Of a stretch of DNA of 64,000 bases, positions 9,650 through 19,581 are shown in pieces. The DNA comes from Candidatus Eiseniibacteriota bacterium (lineage in GTDB: Bacteria > Eisenbacteria > RBG-16-71-46 > CAIMUX01 > VGJL01), in contig CAWBWI010000006.1 in NCBI GenBank assembly GCA_963792585.1, positions 384,001-448,000 of the forward strand, read 5' to 3'. How positions within the stretch are numbered: the first letter of the stretch is position 1; each line of letters opens with the position of its first letter. Under the pieces are notes generated by a model, which ran no database searches, was not told the DNA's origin, and worked only from the letters and a program-made list of their open reading frames with translations. Made by a program: the position numbers and the translations under genes.

Positions 9650-9738
9650 TTGCTCGTTAGCCTCCCCCTCACGGTACCGACAGGGGAGGTTGCGGGGTGT
9701 GCTCTGCTAGCAGAATCATCTTTGCTGAGGAGGTTCTC
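9650..9738 (+). promoter_or_regulatory. Structured 5' leader, copy 3
   Basis: Same fold as copy 2 with stem-compatible substitutions. Confidence 0.75.
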
Positions 9739-10803
9739 ATGCGTTTTGTGTCTGTATTCTGCATCTGTATGACGCTGGTACTGGTAGCCAGCGCGGCTCT
9801 TGCTGACCCGAACAACATGGGTCAGAAGCCGTGGTCCTATCCTGGCGGCGACGCCCGGGCCGTCTACACCGAGGTCGAGCCCAACGATGCTTGCCCCGGC
9901 CAACAGATTGCCTGCGGCGACGACATCAACCCGGCCTACCTCACGGCCGGGGAGCAGGACTGGTCCACCTTTACCGCGACTGCCGGTGACCAGCTCAACA
10001 TCCGTACCTACTCCATCGACGGAGGCTCGGTCGACACCTACCTCGAGCTGTATTCCGACGACTGCACGACGATGTTGGCATCCAACGACGACGGTGGTGG
10101 AAACCTCTTCTCGTTCATCCAGAACTACGTTGCGCCTTACACGGGCGTCTACAATATCAAGGTCCGGGGCTACAGCGGCACCTCGGCTGGGAACTACGGT
10201 CTCGAGCTTCGCTGCACCGTCCCGCCGCCTCCGGCTGAGAACGACACCTGCGCCGGCGCGATCGACATTCCGCGCTGCTCCGCCGGTTCGCTTTCGGGCG
10301 ACCTGACGAACTACCGCAACGACTACGACCCGATCACCGGCTGCACCGGTTTCAGCGCGCTTGGTAAGGATGCGGTCTACAAGATGGATCTCCAGGCCGG
10401 CGACCAGGTGACCTTCACCTTCGTCCAGCCGAACTGGGATGCGTCCCTCTACGCGGTCACCGACTGCGTCAACCTCGACTGCGTCGACGGTGCGGACGCG
10501 GGCGTCACCGGGGATCCGGAGACGATTTCCTTCACGGCGGCTTCGGCCGGCACGTACTACATCATCCTCGACACCTACGGAACCGACACCGGTGGCCCGT
10601 GGACGGCCGACTACACCGTCTACTGCCCGGCGCCCGAGGCTTGCTGCTTCGACGACGGTAGCTGCCAGATGTTGATGTCCGACGAGTGCCGCCGGATGGG
10701 TGGACATCCTCAGGGTAGTGGCACGAACTGTGACGGCGTTCACTGCGAAGTCGTCCCGGCTCAGAACACGACCTGGGGCCAGATCAAGAGCGACTACCGC
10801 TAG
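9739..10803 (+). CDS. Secreted paralog 3: two PPC-like domains, one Cys repeat, C-terminal TWGQIKSDYR
   Basis: RBS GAGGAGG; signal peptide ending ALA; paralogous to the two upstream genes. Confidence 0.85.
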   Translation: MRFVSVFCICMTLVLVASAALADPNNMGQKPWSYPGGDARAVYTEVEPNDACPGQQIACGDDINPAYLTAGEQDWSTFTATAGDQLNIRTYSIDGGSVDTYLELYSDDCTTMLASNDDGGGNLFSFIQNYVAPYTGVYNIKVRGYSGTSAGNYGLELRCTVPPPPAENDTCAGAIDIPRCSAGSLSGDLTNYRNDYDPITGCTGFSALGKDAVYKMDLQAGDQVTFTFVQPNWDASLYAVTDCVNLDCVDGADAGVTGDPETISFTAASAGTYYIILDTYGTDTGGPWTADYTVYCPAPEACCFDDGSCQMLMSDECRRMGGHPQGSGTNCDGVHCEVVPAQNTTWGQIKSDYR

Positions 10804-10827
10804 TCCACAGTCCGTCCGAGCTGTAAA

Positions 10828-10866
10828 CGAGAGACCTCGTCCCCCGCGGGACGGGGTCTTTCGCTT
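10828..10866 (+). terminator. Terminator between convergent genes
   Basis: Stem CGAGAGACCTCGTCCC/GGGACGGGGTCTTTCG. Confidence 0.7.
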
Positions 10867-10884
10867 GTCGCGCCATCGCGGGGG

Positions 10885-11607
10885 TCAGAGGATCTTCGAG
10901 AGGAAGGCGACAGTCCGGGGGTGACTCGGCCGATCGAAGAGCGCATCCGGCGCGCCCCTCTCGATCACCTCTCCACGATCGAGGAACAGGACCTCCTGCG
11001 CGACCTCACGGGCGAAACCCATCTCGTGGGTCGCGACGACCATCGTCATCCCCCCGCGGGCGAGGTCGCGCATCACGTCGAGCACCTCACGGATCATCTC
11101 AGGGTCGAGCGACGAGGTCGGCTCGTCGAACAGGAGGACCTTCGGACGCATCGCCAGCGCCCGGGCGATCGCCACCCGCTGCTGTTCCCCGCCCGAGAGC
11201 TGGCGGGGATACCGCGGCGCCTTGTCGGCCAGGCCGACTCGCGCGAGAAGGGCGCGCGCATCCTCCTGAACCTCCCCTGCCGGCCGGCGCCGGACGATGC
11301 GGGGCGCCAGGGCGATGTTCTCCAGGACGCTCAGGTGCGGAAAGAGGTGGAAGTGCTGGAAGACCATCCCGGTCTCGGCCCGGATTTCGTGCAAGTTGCG
11401 GGCGCCGGCGTCGAGCGGAACGCCGTCCAGCAGGACGCGTCCCGCGTCCATCCGTTCGAGTCCGTTGATCAGTCGCAGAACCGTGCTCTTGCCCGACCCG
11501 GAGGGGCCGATCAGAACCGTCGTCGCCCCACGCGGCACGTGAAAGCTCACGTCGCGGACCGCCTCGAGCGTCCCGAACCGCTTCCCGACTCCCTCGACGC
11601 GGATCAT
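10885..11607 (-). CDS. Polar amino acid ABC transporter ATP-binding protein (GlnQ-like)
   Basis: GPSGSGKST, LSGGEQQRVAIARAL, FDEPTSSLDPE, THEMGFA. Confidence 0.95.
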   Translation of the reverse strand: MIRVEGVGKRFGTLEAVRDVSFHVPRGATTVLIGPSGSGKSTVLRLINGLERMDAGRVLLDGVPLDAGARNLHEIRAETGMVFQHFHLFPHLSVLENIALAPRIVRRRPAGEVQEDARALLARVGLADKAPRYPRQLSGGEQQRVAIARALAMRPKVLLFDEPTSSLDPEMIREVLDVMRDLARGGMTMVVATHEMGFAREVAQEVLFLDRGEVIERGAPDALFDRPSHPRTVAFLSKIL

Positions 11608-12272
11608 CACGCATCTCCCCGGCGCAGCCGTCGTTCCAGGGCGGCCGACAGACGGCTCAAGACCATGGTCATCGCCAGGTAGAGAAGCGCGACCACCGTC
11701 CACGTCTGAAAGTCGGCGAAGGTCGCCGAGTAGTACTCGCGGCCCGCCCGCGTCAGCTCCCGCAAGCCGATGATCGAGACGAGGGATGAGTCCTTCAGGC
11801 AGGCCACGAAGTCGTTCAGGACCGGGGGAATCACGACCCGCAGCGCCTGGGGCAGGATGACGTGCCGAAGACAGCGGGGAGTGGAGAGGCCGAGGGAGCG
11901 GGCGGCCTCCCACTGCCCGCGCGGAACCGCCTGGATCCCGGCGCGAACGGTCTCGCCGATGTAGGCGCTGTATCCGATTCCGATGGCGAGAACCCCGGCG
12001 GGGTAGCGGTCCAGATTCAGCACCTTCCCGATTCCAAAGTACAGAAAGAAGATCTGCACGAGGAGCGGGATACCGCGAAGCGTGTCGACGTAGCAGGCGG
12101 CGGCGACCCGCAGTGCGCGGATCGAACCCGTCCGCGCGATTCCGACCAGGATTCCCACCAGGAGCGCCAGCAGGAAAGCCCCCAGGGTGATCCGCAGGGT
12201 TTCGGGCACGGCGGGAAGCAGGTAGACGAGGATCCGACCGAGAAGCCGGAGTTGCCCTTCGATCCAGGCCAC
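11607..12272 (-). CDS. Polar amino acid ABC transporter permease
   Basis: RGIPLLVQ, GQWEAARSLG, ILPQA, LKDSSL. Confidence 0.95.
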   Translation of the reverse strand: MAWIEGQLRLLGRILVYLLPAVPETLRITLGAFLLALLVGILVGIARTGSIRALRVAAACYVDTLRGIPLLVQIFFLYFGIGKVLNLDRYPAGVLAIGIGYSAYIGETVRAGIQAVPRGQWEAARSLGLSTPRCLRHVILPQALRVVIPPVLNDFVACLKDSSLVSIIGLRELTRAGREYYSATFADFQTWTVVALLYLAMTMVLSRLSAALERRLRRGDA

Positions 12273-12275
12273 GGC

Positions 12276-13043
12276 CTAGGGCGCCTCCAGGTTCCAGCGC
12301 GCCCGGAGACCCGCGATCGTTCCGTCCCGATCGAGTTGATCGAGGACCGCATCCACCGCGGCCTTCAGCGGCGCGTCGTTGGGCCGGAAGGCGATCCCGT
12401 ACGACTCCCGGTTGATCGGCTCACCGACCATCCGCAACCCGGGGTGATCCTTCGCAAAGAGCGCGGCCGTGGGCGTGTCGGCGATGACCGCGTCGCACCG
12501 GCCGTTGATCATGTCGATGAAGGCGGCGCTGATCGCGTCGAAGGAGATCACCTGCGCGCTCGCGATTCGATGCGCCTCCCGCTCCCCCGTCGTCCCGAGC
12601 TGAACGCCGAGACGGCGACCCGAAAGATCGCCCGCCCCGCGGATGGGACTCCCCGCGGGCACACAGATCGATTGGCCGGCCATGTGGTATGGACGGCTGA
12701 AGAGGACCTCGCGCGCACGATCCTCCGTGATCGTGAGGGCGGAAATCACCCCGTCGTATTTCCGGGAGCGTAACGCGGCGAGGATTCCGTCGAACGGCAC
12801 GACCACGAATTCGATTCGCACCCCGAGACGCTCGCCGATCGCGCGCATCAGGTCGGCGTCGAACCCGACAACCTCCTTGCCCTGGGTGTCGATCGTCTCG
12901 AAAGGGGGATAGGTGGCGTCCGTCCCGATCTGGAGGACTCCCGCCCGCCGCGCGCGCGCGAGGGTTTCCTCGGGGCGCGAGGAGCAATCGCTAGAGACGA
13001 TGGCGGCGGCCACGATGAGACAGAAGATAGCGGGTCCGCGCAC
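12276..13043 (-). CDS. Polar amino acid ABC transporter substrate-binding protein
   Basis: GTDATYPPFE, GFDADL, GVQLGTTG; signal peptide. Confidence 0.93.
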   Translation of the reverse strand: MRGPAIFCLIVAAAIVSSDCSSRPEETLARARRAGVLQIGTDATYPPFETIDTQGKEVVGFDADLMRAIGERLGVRIEFVVVPFDGILAALRSRKYDGVISALTITEDRAREVLFSRPYHMAGQSICVPAGSPIRGAGDLSGRRLGVQLGTTGEREAHRIASAQVISFDAISAAFIDMINGRCDAVIADTPTAALFAKDHPGLRMVGEPINRESYGIAFRPNDAPLKAAVDAVLDQLDRDGTIAGLRARWNLEAP

Positions 13044-13151
13044 AGGTGCCTCCCGGTTCGGAGCGTCACGGTACGACAGCCCGGGGGAAAAGCGAGGGTG
13101 GGCTCACGGCCGGTGCCGCAAGCCCACCCTCTCGGATCAAGGCACGAAGCT

Positions 13152-15921
13152 CTACCGGAGAATCGTGAGCTTCTGCGTACGCTCCTGGCCCTGCGCCTGC
13201 AGGCGCGCCCAGTACACCCCGGCCGGGACGGGATGTCCCGACGCATCCGCGCCATTCCAATCGAGCGTGTGCGTTCCCGCCGCCATCGGGCCTTCGGCGA
13301 TCCGGCGGACGACGCGACCCGCTGACGTCGAGCAGTTCGAGGCGGACCGGACCGGCGGCCGGCAGCGCGAAACGGATTGTCGTCGCTGCCGCAAACGGAT
13401 TCGGCCGGCTCGGCTCCAGCCGAAGCACGGACGGCGCGGCGGCATCGGTCGCGTCAGCCGGCGGCAGGACCGGCTCGAGGAAGAAGTGCTCGAGCATGTA
13501 CATGATGTTGGTGCGAAGCGCCGCGTGATCCCACCGATACGGGCGTCCGCTGAGGAACACGAACTGCCCGCCGTCGGGGCGGTACGTTCCCCCACCGATC
13601 GGCTCGCGCCAGACCCCGATCCCGCGATTCGGGTTGAAGTTCTGATCGGCCATGTAGATCAGGCGGCTGTCCAGGTGGTTGAACGACATGTTGAATGTGC
13701 CGCAGAGACTCTGCGTGCCCAGCCTCGGGATGTTGGTGAGTCCAGGGTAGCTTGCGACGCAATCGAAGATCGTCGTCTCCGAGATCCAGGTCAACCCCAG
13801 GTAGCTGCGAAGGGGTTCACTCAGGAACGAGGAGCCCTGCCGGGCCATCAGGATCAGGTTTCCACCCACCTCGAGATACGACACGATCGGGCTGTCGAGC
13901 CAGGCGGAAAGATCCCCGTTGAAGTTGTTGCCGACCCAGATGACGTTTCGGTAGTGCCCGATCACCTCGGGCGGGACCGCACCGTGGCCGAGCGGCGCCG
14001 GAAGCGTGTTCGGATAGCCGCCGCCGGGTTCTCCGAAGACGTCCCAGAAATCGATCGAGTAGTCGCCCCAGAAGGCCTTGTCGAGATACGCCGTCGTGAG
14101 CTCGCTTCCGTAGGAACCCCAGTCGACGCCGTTGACGACGAGCACGCCCCGGTCGAATGCCGGGTTCACGATCGGCGCCTGGACCTGCTTGAGAATCCAG
14201 CCGTCCTTGTCGATCGAGACGTTGGTCGGCGCCTCGTCCACGTGGAACTGGTAGTCCTGCGAGGCGAGCGAGTTTTCGACGACAAAGGTCTGCGTGGTGG
14301 TCGCCGTCTGGATCGTCACGTCCACCGGCATCCGGAAGATCTGCCAGGACTGCGTCTGCAACAGGTTCAGGGCGACGTCGAACCCGCCGCCGGCCGGGGT
14401 CACCGTGTAGGTGAACTTGTAGGATGGGTAGTACTCGCCGTAGATCCACTCCTGGAAGAAGTAGTCCAGGTCCTGTCCCGAGACCGCCTCGCAGACGTCG
14501 CGGAAGTTCTCGGTCGTCGCTACCGAGTACATGTACTGGTCGTAGTAGGCGCGCAGCGACGCGAAGAAGTCTTCGTCGCCGAGCACGTGACGAAGCATGT
14601 GCAGAACCCAGGAGGCCTTGTTGTACGAGAGGCTTCCGTCGAAGATCCGGTTCCAGTCGTTCAGGTTCGGAACGTAGATCGTTCCCGGGCCATAGTAGGC
14701 GTTGAAGTTGATGTCCTGGTGATAGCCGCCGATTCCGCTGTTGTGCTCGACCCAGAGCGCCTCACCGTACGTGGCAAAGCCCTCGTTGATCCAGACGTGA
14801 TGGAAGTCGGCGCACGTCACCATGTCGCCCCACCACTGGTGGGCCAGCTCGTGCGCGACGACGGACTCGCCGAAGTAACCGAGGCTCGTGCAGGTCTGGT
14901 GCTCCATCCCGCCGCCCCAGAGGAATTCTGCGTGCCCATACTTCTCATCGAGGAAGGGATACTCGCCGAAGATGCCGGCGTAGGCGCCGATCATGGTCTT
15001 CACCTTCGCCTGGACTTCCTGAACCTGGCCCACATGATCCGGGAAGTTGAAGAACTTGATCTCCATCGAGTCACTCGGCGTGGGGTGGTACCAGTCGGAG
15101 TAGACCGCATAGGGATAAGACGTGATCGATACGAGGTAGGTCGCGATCGGATGCCGCTCGCGCCAGCGGTAGATCGAGTTCGCGCCGTTGTCGGTGCTCT
15201 CGACCAGCTTGCCGTTCGATGCCGTGATGTAGCCGGTCGGGGCGACGACCCGCACGTGGGCCGAATCGGCCTTGTCGTCGGACCAGTCCTTGGATGGCCA
15301 CCATGTCCGCCCGCCAAACGGCTCGCTCAAGGTCCAGACGAGGCTCTGGCCGTTGTACGTGTCCCAGCCGAACGCGCCGCCGGAGGCAGGGTTCCCGCTG
15401 TAGTTGACGCGGACGTCGACCAGTTCTCCGGTGGAGTAGGAGCGGTCCAGGTTGACCGTCAGCACGTCGTTCAGATGGCTGAACGTTGCCGCCACGCCGC
15501 CGGACGTCACGCCGCTGACCGTCATGAGGTTGTCGAGGTCGAGGTCGAGCGTCGTGAGCGGGCCGGAGACGACCGTCGCGCGGGTGAGAACCGAACCTGT
15601 GATGGTGCTGGTCGAGGGATTGACCGTCAGGTCGAGATCGTAGAAGCGCGCGTCATACAAGGCTTGATTGGCCGTGGCCCGGCCGAGGAGTTCCCCACGC
15701 GCCGCTTGCCGCCGCATCGCCTCGGCCTTGTGATAGGCGAGGTAGGGGGCCGTGTCCCGCTCGTCGAGCACCTGGGCGTTCCAACCGGCAAGGGTGGACG
15801 GATAGAGGGTCGGCCCTGCGGTGGAGACCGTCGGGACCATGGCGGCGAGGACCAGGATGAACAGCCCGGTCATGCAGGACGGCAATCGCAAAGAACGCAG
15901 ACGGACGGCGTCGCGCCGCAT
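13152..15921 (-). CDS. Secreted M1 family aminopeptidase with C-terminal FlgD-Ig domain (one frameshift near 13320)
   Basis: GGMEH, HELAHQWWGD...WINEGFA, YNKA; FlgD tail WNGADASGHPVPAGVYW continues in another frame; RBS GAGGAG. Confidence 0.9.
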
Positions 15922-16261
15922 CGCTCCTCCTCATGGTGAATCCCCACGACCGCGCGGCCCTGTCGCGAACCGCGGATCGTCGATGTCATCGATGCGGCGC
16001 AGGGTCCCCCCTGGCGCGCTGCCCCGCAGGTATCCTTACTATTTTACCATCCCGGTTACCCATACCGAAGGAAGACCCTTCCCGCGACGATTGAATCGGG
16101 CGGGCGGGCTGGGGTAGCGTAGACGGCGGCGCTGAAGCCGGGTTGGCGCCGATCGCGTCGCCGCGGTGAGAACTATGAGGATACCCAAACGTAGGCGTCA
16201 TCGACTCTAATCCTGCCGGCCGCCCGCGCCGGCAACCCAAGTCGAAAAGGAGGCCCCCAAG

Positions 16262-16612
16262 ATGCCCGAAGAGGCGATCACCACCCCGTCCGGACTGAAG
16301 TACGTCGAGCTCGTCGAGGGAACCGGCGCGACCCCCGGAACGGGACAAGCCACGACGGTCCACTACACGGGATGGCTCACCAACGGCACGAAGTTCGACA
16401 GCTCCGTCGATCGCGGGGAGCCGTTCACGTTCCCCATCGGCATGGGGCGGGTCATCAAGGGGTGGGACGAAGGAGTCGCGACGATGAAAGTGGGCGGCAA
16501 GCGGAAGCTGATCATCCCGCCCAGCCTCGGCTACGGCGCCCGCGGCGCCGGCAACGTGATCCCTCCAAACGCGGAGTTGGTATTTGAGGTCGAGCTTCTC
16601 GGCGTCCAGTAG
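16262..16612 (+). CDS. FKBP-type peptidyl-prolyl isomerase
   Basis: [44 protein letters not shown]. Confidence 0.97.
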   Translation: MPEEAITTPSGLKYVELVEGTGATPGTGQATTVHYTGWLTNGTKFDSSVDRGEPFTFPIGMGRVIKGWDEGVATMKVGGKRKLIIPPSLGYGARGAGNVIPPNAELVFEVELLGVQ

Positions 16613-17393
16613 GGCGGGGACGCGAATCGTCGGGACGGTCGCGGCGGCCTGGATCGGCCTGCTCGCGGCCGTCGCCTCCATCGGGGCGGACGACGGCGCG
16701 CTGACCGTCTCCTGCGCGGCCAGCGCGGAGGAGGCGATCGACTCCCTGGCGGCGCGGTTCGAGCGAGGAGCGGGCGGCGCCCCCGTCCACGTGAACGCGG
16801 GCGGTTCGAACCTGCTCGCCCGGCAAATCGAAGCCGGCGCCGACGTCGACCTCTTCGTCTCGGCCGATCTGGAAACCTTGCTCCGCTTGGCGGCGGAGGG
16901 TCGCGTCGACTCATCGAGCATCACGCTCCTTGCGTCGAACCACGTGGTCGCCATCGTCCCCTCCGACCGACCCGTCGTGATCCGCGAGACCGCGGATCTC
17001 GCGGGACCATCGATCCGGCGTGTCGCGATCGCGGACACTTCCGTTCCGATCGGGCGCTATGCCGAGGCGTTTCTGCGCGCGGTGGGACTGAGCGGATCCC
17101 TCGGCCCGCGAACGGCCCGCACGGAGAACACGCGCGCCACGCTGGCCGCGATCGCCGTGGGAGCGGCCGATCTCGGCTTCGTCTACTCGACGGACGCACG
17201 CGCGACCGACAAGGTACGGATTGTCTATGAGGTGCCGCCGGAGGCGATCCCCCCGGTACGGATCGCGGCGGGCATCGTGCGGGGGCACGACGGGCCCCGG
17301 GCGCGCGCGTTCCTCGATCTTCTCGGCGGCCCCGCGGGGCGCGCGGTCTTCGAACGGCTCGGGTTCGGGGCGGCAATCGATGCAGGTCGCTGA
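16584..17393 (+). CDS. modA: Molybdate ABC transporter substrate-binding protein (start uncertain)
   Basis: [40 protein letters not shown]; upstream of modB/modC. Confidence 0.85.
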   Translation: MRSSFSASSRAGTRIVGTVAAAWIGLLAAVASIGADDGALTVSCAASAEEAIDSLAARFERGAGGAPVHVNAGGSNLLARQIEAGADVDLFVSADLETLLRLAAEGRVDSSSITLLASNHVVAIVPSDRPVVIRETADLAGPSIRRVAIADTSVPIGRYAEAFLRAVGLSGSLGPRTARTENTRATLAAIAVGAADLGFVYSTDARATDKVRIVYEVPPEAIPPVRIAAGIVRGHDGPRARAFLDLLGGPAGRAVFERLGFGAAIDAGR

Positions 17394-18051
17394 GATCCTG
17401 GGGATCGCATGGCTGAGCGTGCGCGTGGCCCTCGCCGCGTCCTTGCTGAACCTGATCCCGGGCATGGCGCTCGCCTACCTCCTCGCGCGCCGCCGGTTTG
17501 CGGGTCGCTCGCTCGTCGAGGCGATCATCTCTCTCCCGCTCGTCCTGCCTCCCGTCGCCGTGGGCCTCGTCCTGCTCCTGACCTTCTCGCGCCGCGGCCT
17601 TCTGGGGGGCGCCCTCGAATCGGCGGGCATCCCGATCCTCTTCACGTGGCGCGGGGCCGCGATCGCCTCCGCGGTGATGTCGTTCCCGTTGCTGGTCCGC
17701 GCAGCCCAGCAGGCGTTCGCGGAAGTGCCCGCGCGGCTCGAGGAGATCGCCCGCACCCTCGGTGCGACGCGGCTCCGAACCTTCTGGAGCGTCAGCCTCC
17801 CGCTCGCGCGGCGCGGCGTCGCCTACGGCCTTCTGCTCGCCTTCCTGCGCGCCATGGGCGAGTTCGGCGCCACGAACCTCGTCGCCGGGAACATCCCCGG
17901 CCGCACGCGGACCCTGTCGATGGGCATCTACAGCGCCGTCCAGGCATCGCGCGACTCCGACGCGCTGGCGCTCGCCGCGGTCTCCGCCGCGGTGAGTTTG
18001 GTCGCCGTCGTGCTCGGCGAGCGATACCTGCGCGCGAGACGATCGGCATGA
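17380..18051 (+). CDS. modB: Molybdate ABC transporter permease
   Basis: LPLVLPPVAVG, FPLLVR, RAMGEFGAT, GNIPGRTRT. Confidence 0.95.
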   Translation: MQVAEILGIAWLSVRVALAASLLNLIPGMALAYLLARRRFAGRSLVEAIISLPLVLPPVAVGLVLLLTFSRRGLLGGALESAGIPILFTWRGAAIASAVMSFPLLVRAAQQAFAEVPARLEEIARTLGATRLRTFWSVSLPLARRGVAYGLLLAFLRAMGEFGATNLVAGNIPGRTRTLSMGIYSAVQASRDSDALALAAVSAAVSLVAVVLGERYLRARRSA

Positions 18052-19115
18052 TCGCCGCGAGCGAGATCCGGCTCGAGCTTTCCCTCCCGGGCTTCCGGCT
18101 CGATGTCGCCGCATCCTGGGAGACCGATGCGGTCGTTCTCTTCGGACCCTCCGGGGCGGGCAAGAGCACGGTCATCGAGATCCTCGCCGGCGTGCGGCGC
18201 GCGGATCGAGCCCGCATCATTCTGAACGGGACGCCGCTCGAGGACGGGAAGACCCGCGTGCCCGCGGAGGCCCGCGGGATCGGGTGGGTTCCACAGGATG
18301 GGTCGCTCTTCCCCCACATGAGCGTCGCGGAGAACGTCCGATTCGGCGCGTCGCGCGCCGCGAATCCTTCGGGGGTGGCGCGTTCGATCGAGCTCCTCGA
18401 GATCGGGCATCTTCTGGACCGGCGGCCGGCCGATCTCTCGGGGGGCGAACGGCAGAGGGTCGCCCTCGCGCGGGCCCTGGCTTCGGGTCCGCGCGTCCTC
18501 CTCCTGGACGAGCCGCTCGCCTCGCTCGACCTGCCGCTTCGCGCACGGATCTTTCCCTACCTGATCCGCATGCGCGATGAGGCGCGCATCCCGATCGTCG
18601 CCGTTACCCACGATGCGAGCGAGGCGATGGGGCTCGCGCGCCACGTGCTGGTGATGGACGCGGGCAGGGTAGTCGCCTCCGGGCCGCCGCACGAGTTGCT
18701 CCGGTCCCCCGCCGCGCTGCGGCTCCTCGATCTAGTGGGGCTCGAGAACCGGCTCGTCGTCGGCGAGGTGGGAAGCGCCGCCGAACGAGGGGTCCGGAGG
18801 ATCCGGACGAAGGGCGGCCTCGATCTCACGGCTCCCGAGTCGATGCCGATCGCCGCCGGTCGTGTGGTTGGAATCCGCGCCGAGGACATCCTGATCGGCG
18901 CCGTCCCGCCGCGCGGTCTCTCGGCGCAGAACATCATCGAGGGTACGGTCGAGGGCACGCGGGCGATCGAGGGTCGCGTTCTCGTCTCCGTTCGCTGCGC
19001 GAGGGAGACCATCGAGGCCGCCATCACGCCCCATGCGATGGAGCAGCTTGCGATCGAGCGCGGGCGGACCGTCTGGGTGATCTTCAAGGCTCTTGCGATC
19101 CACCCACTCAACTGA
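18048..19115 (+). CDS. modC: Molybdate ABC transporter ATP-binding protein with TOBE domain
   Basis: FGPSGAGKST, LSGGERQRVAL, LDEPLASLD, SAQNII. Confidence 0.93.
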   Translation: MIAASEIRLELSLPGFRLDVAASWETDAVVLFGPSGAGKSTVIEILAGVRRADRARIILNGTPLEDGKTRVPAEARGIGWVPQDGSLFPHMSVAENVRFGASRAANPSGVARSIELLEIGHLLDRRPADLSGGERQRVALARALASGPRVLLLDEPLASLDLPLRARIFPYLIRMRDEARIPIVAVTHDASEAMGLARHVLVMDAGRVVASGPPHELLRSPAALRLLDLVGLENRLVVGEVGSAAERGVRRIRTKGGLDLTAPESMPIAAGRVVGIRAEDILIGAVPPRGLSAQNIIEGTVEGTRAIEGRVLVSVRCARETIEAAITPHAMEQLAIERGRTVWVIFKALAIHPLN

Positions 19116-19177
19116 GAGGACGTGCATCGCCCGGATCCAGCGCGCGGCGGACCTCTGCGATTCGTGCGTAGTCCCGC

Positions 19178-19381
19178 CTAGTCCCGGGAGAGGACGATCT
19201 TCGTGCGCGGCCCCCGCGGGTGGGCCGCATCGAAGAGCCGCGCGAAGTAAACTCCGTCGGGCAACTCCTTGCCCGCATCGTCCCGCCCATCCCAAGCGAA
19301 GTGGGTCGCGCCGACCGGCAAGCCGCCGGCCGCGGGCAGGGCGAGCAGCCAAGTGAGGATCCGCGTCGAATGTCGAAGCAT
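19178..19381 (-). CDS. Small ORF: signal-like N-terminus fused to half a FlgD-Ig domain (possible remnant)
   Basis: RBS GAGGAGG 6 nt upstream; WDGRDDAGKELPDGVYFARL motif. Confidence 0.55.
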   Translation of the reverse strand: MLRHSTRILTWLLALPAAGGLPVGATHFAWDGRDDAGKELPDGVYFARLFDAAHPRGPRTKIVLSRD

Positions 19382-19581
19382 CGGGAACCTCCTCGCGGAT
19401 CCGGCGTTCGTAACGCGCAGGTGGAGCGTGCGATTCGGTCACGCTTGCGACGAATCTACTGCATTTCACTTCGCCCGAAGGGCGTGATTCATCCCTCCTG
19501 TGCTCTCTGGTAGATTGAATGGGACTCGATCCGGGTGAACGTCGCCGGCCCGCCGGCAGTCCGAGGATGGGGAGGTGCTCG

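Noticed and set aside
8162..9689. Identical 27-nt palindromic blocks as a CRISPR repeat
   Set aside because: Only two copies 1.5 kb apart, each in a gene leader; no spacers and no cas genes
6167..10803. Diversity-generating retroelement or invertible cassette acting on the paralogs
   Set aside because: No reverse transcriptase or recombinase in the window, no adenine-specific TR/VR pair, and all copies are co-oriented
12913..15939. 1008-aa + strand ORF
   Set aside because: Antisense shadow of the M1 peptidase with no recognisable motifs; long shadow ORFs are expected at this GC content
16584..16700. FKBP-ModA read-through fusion
   Set aside because: The two ORFs are in different frames; the unclear modA start is more likely a non-ATG start or a local error
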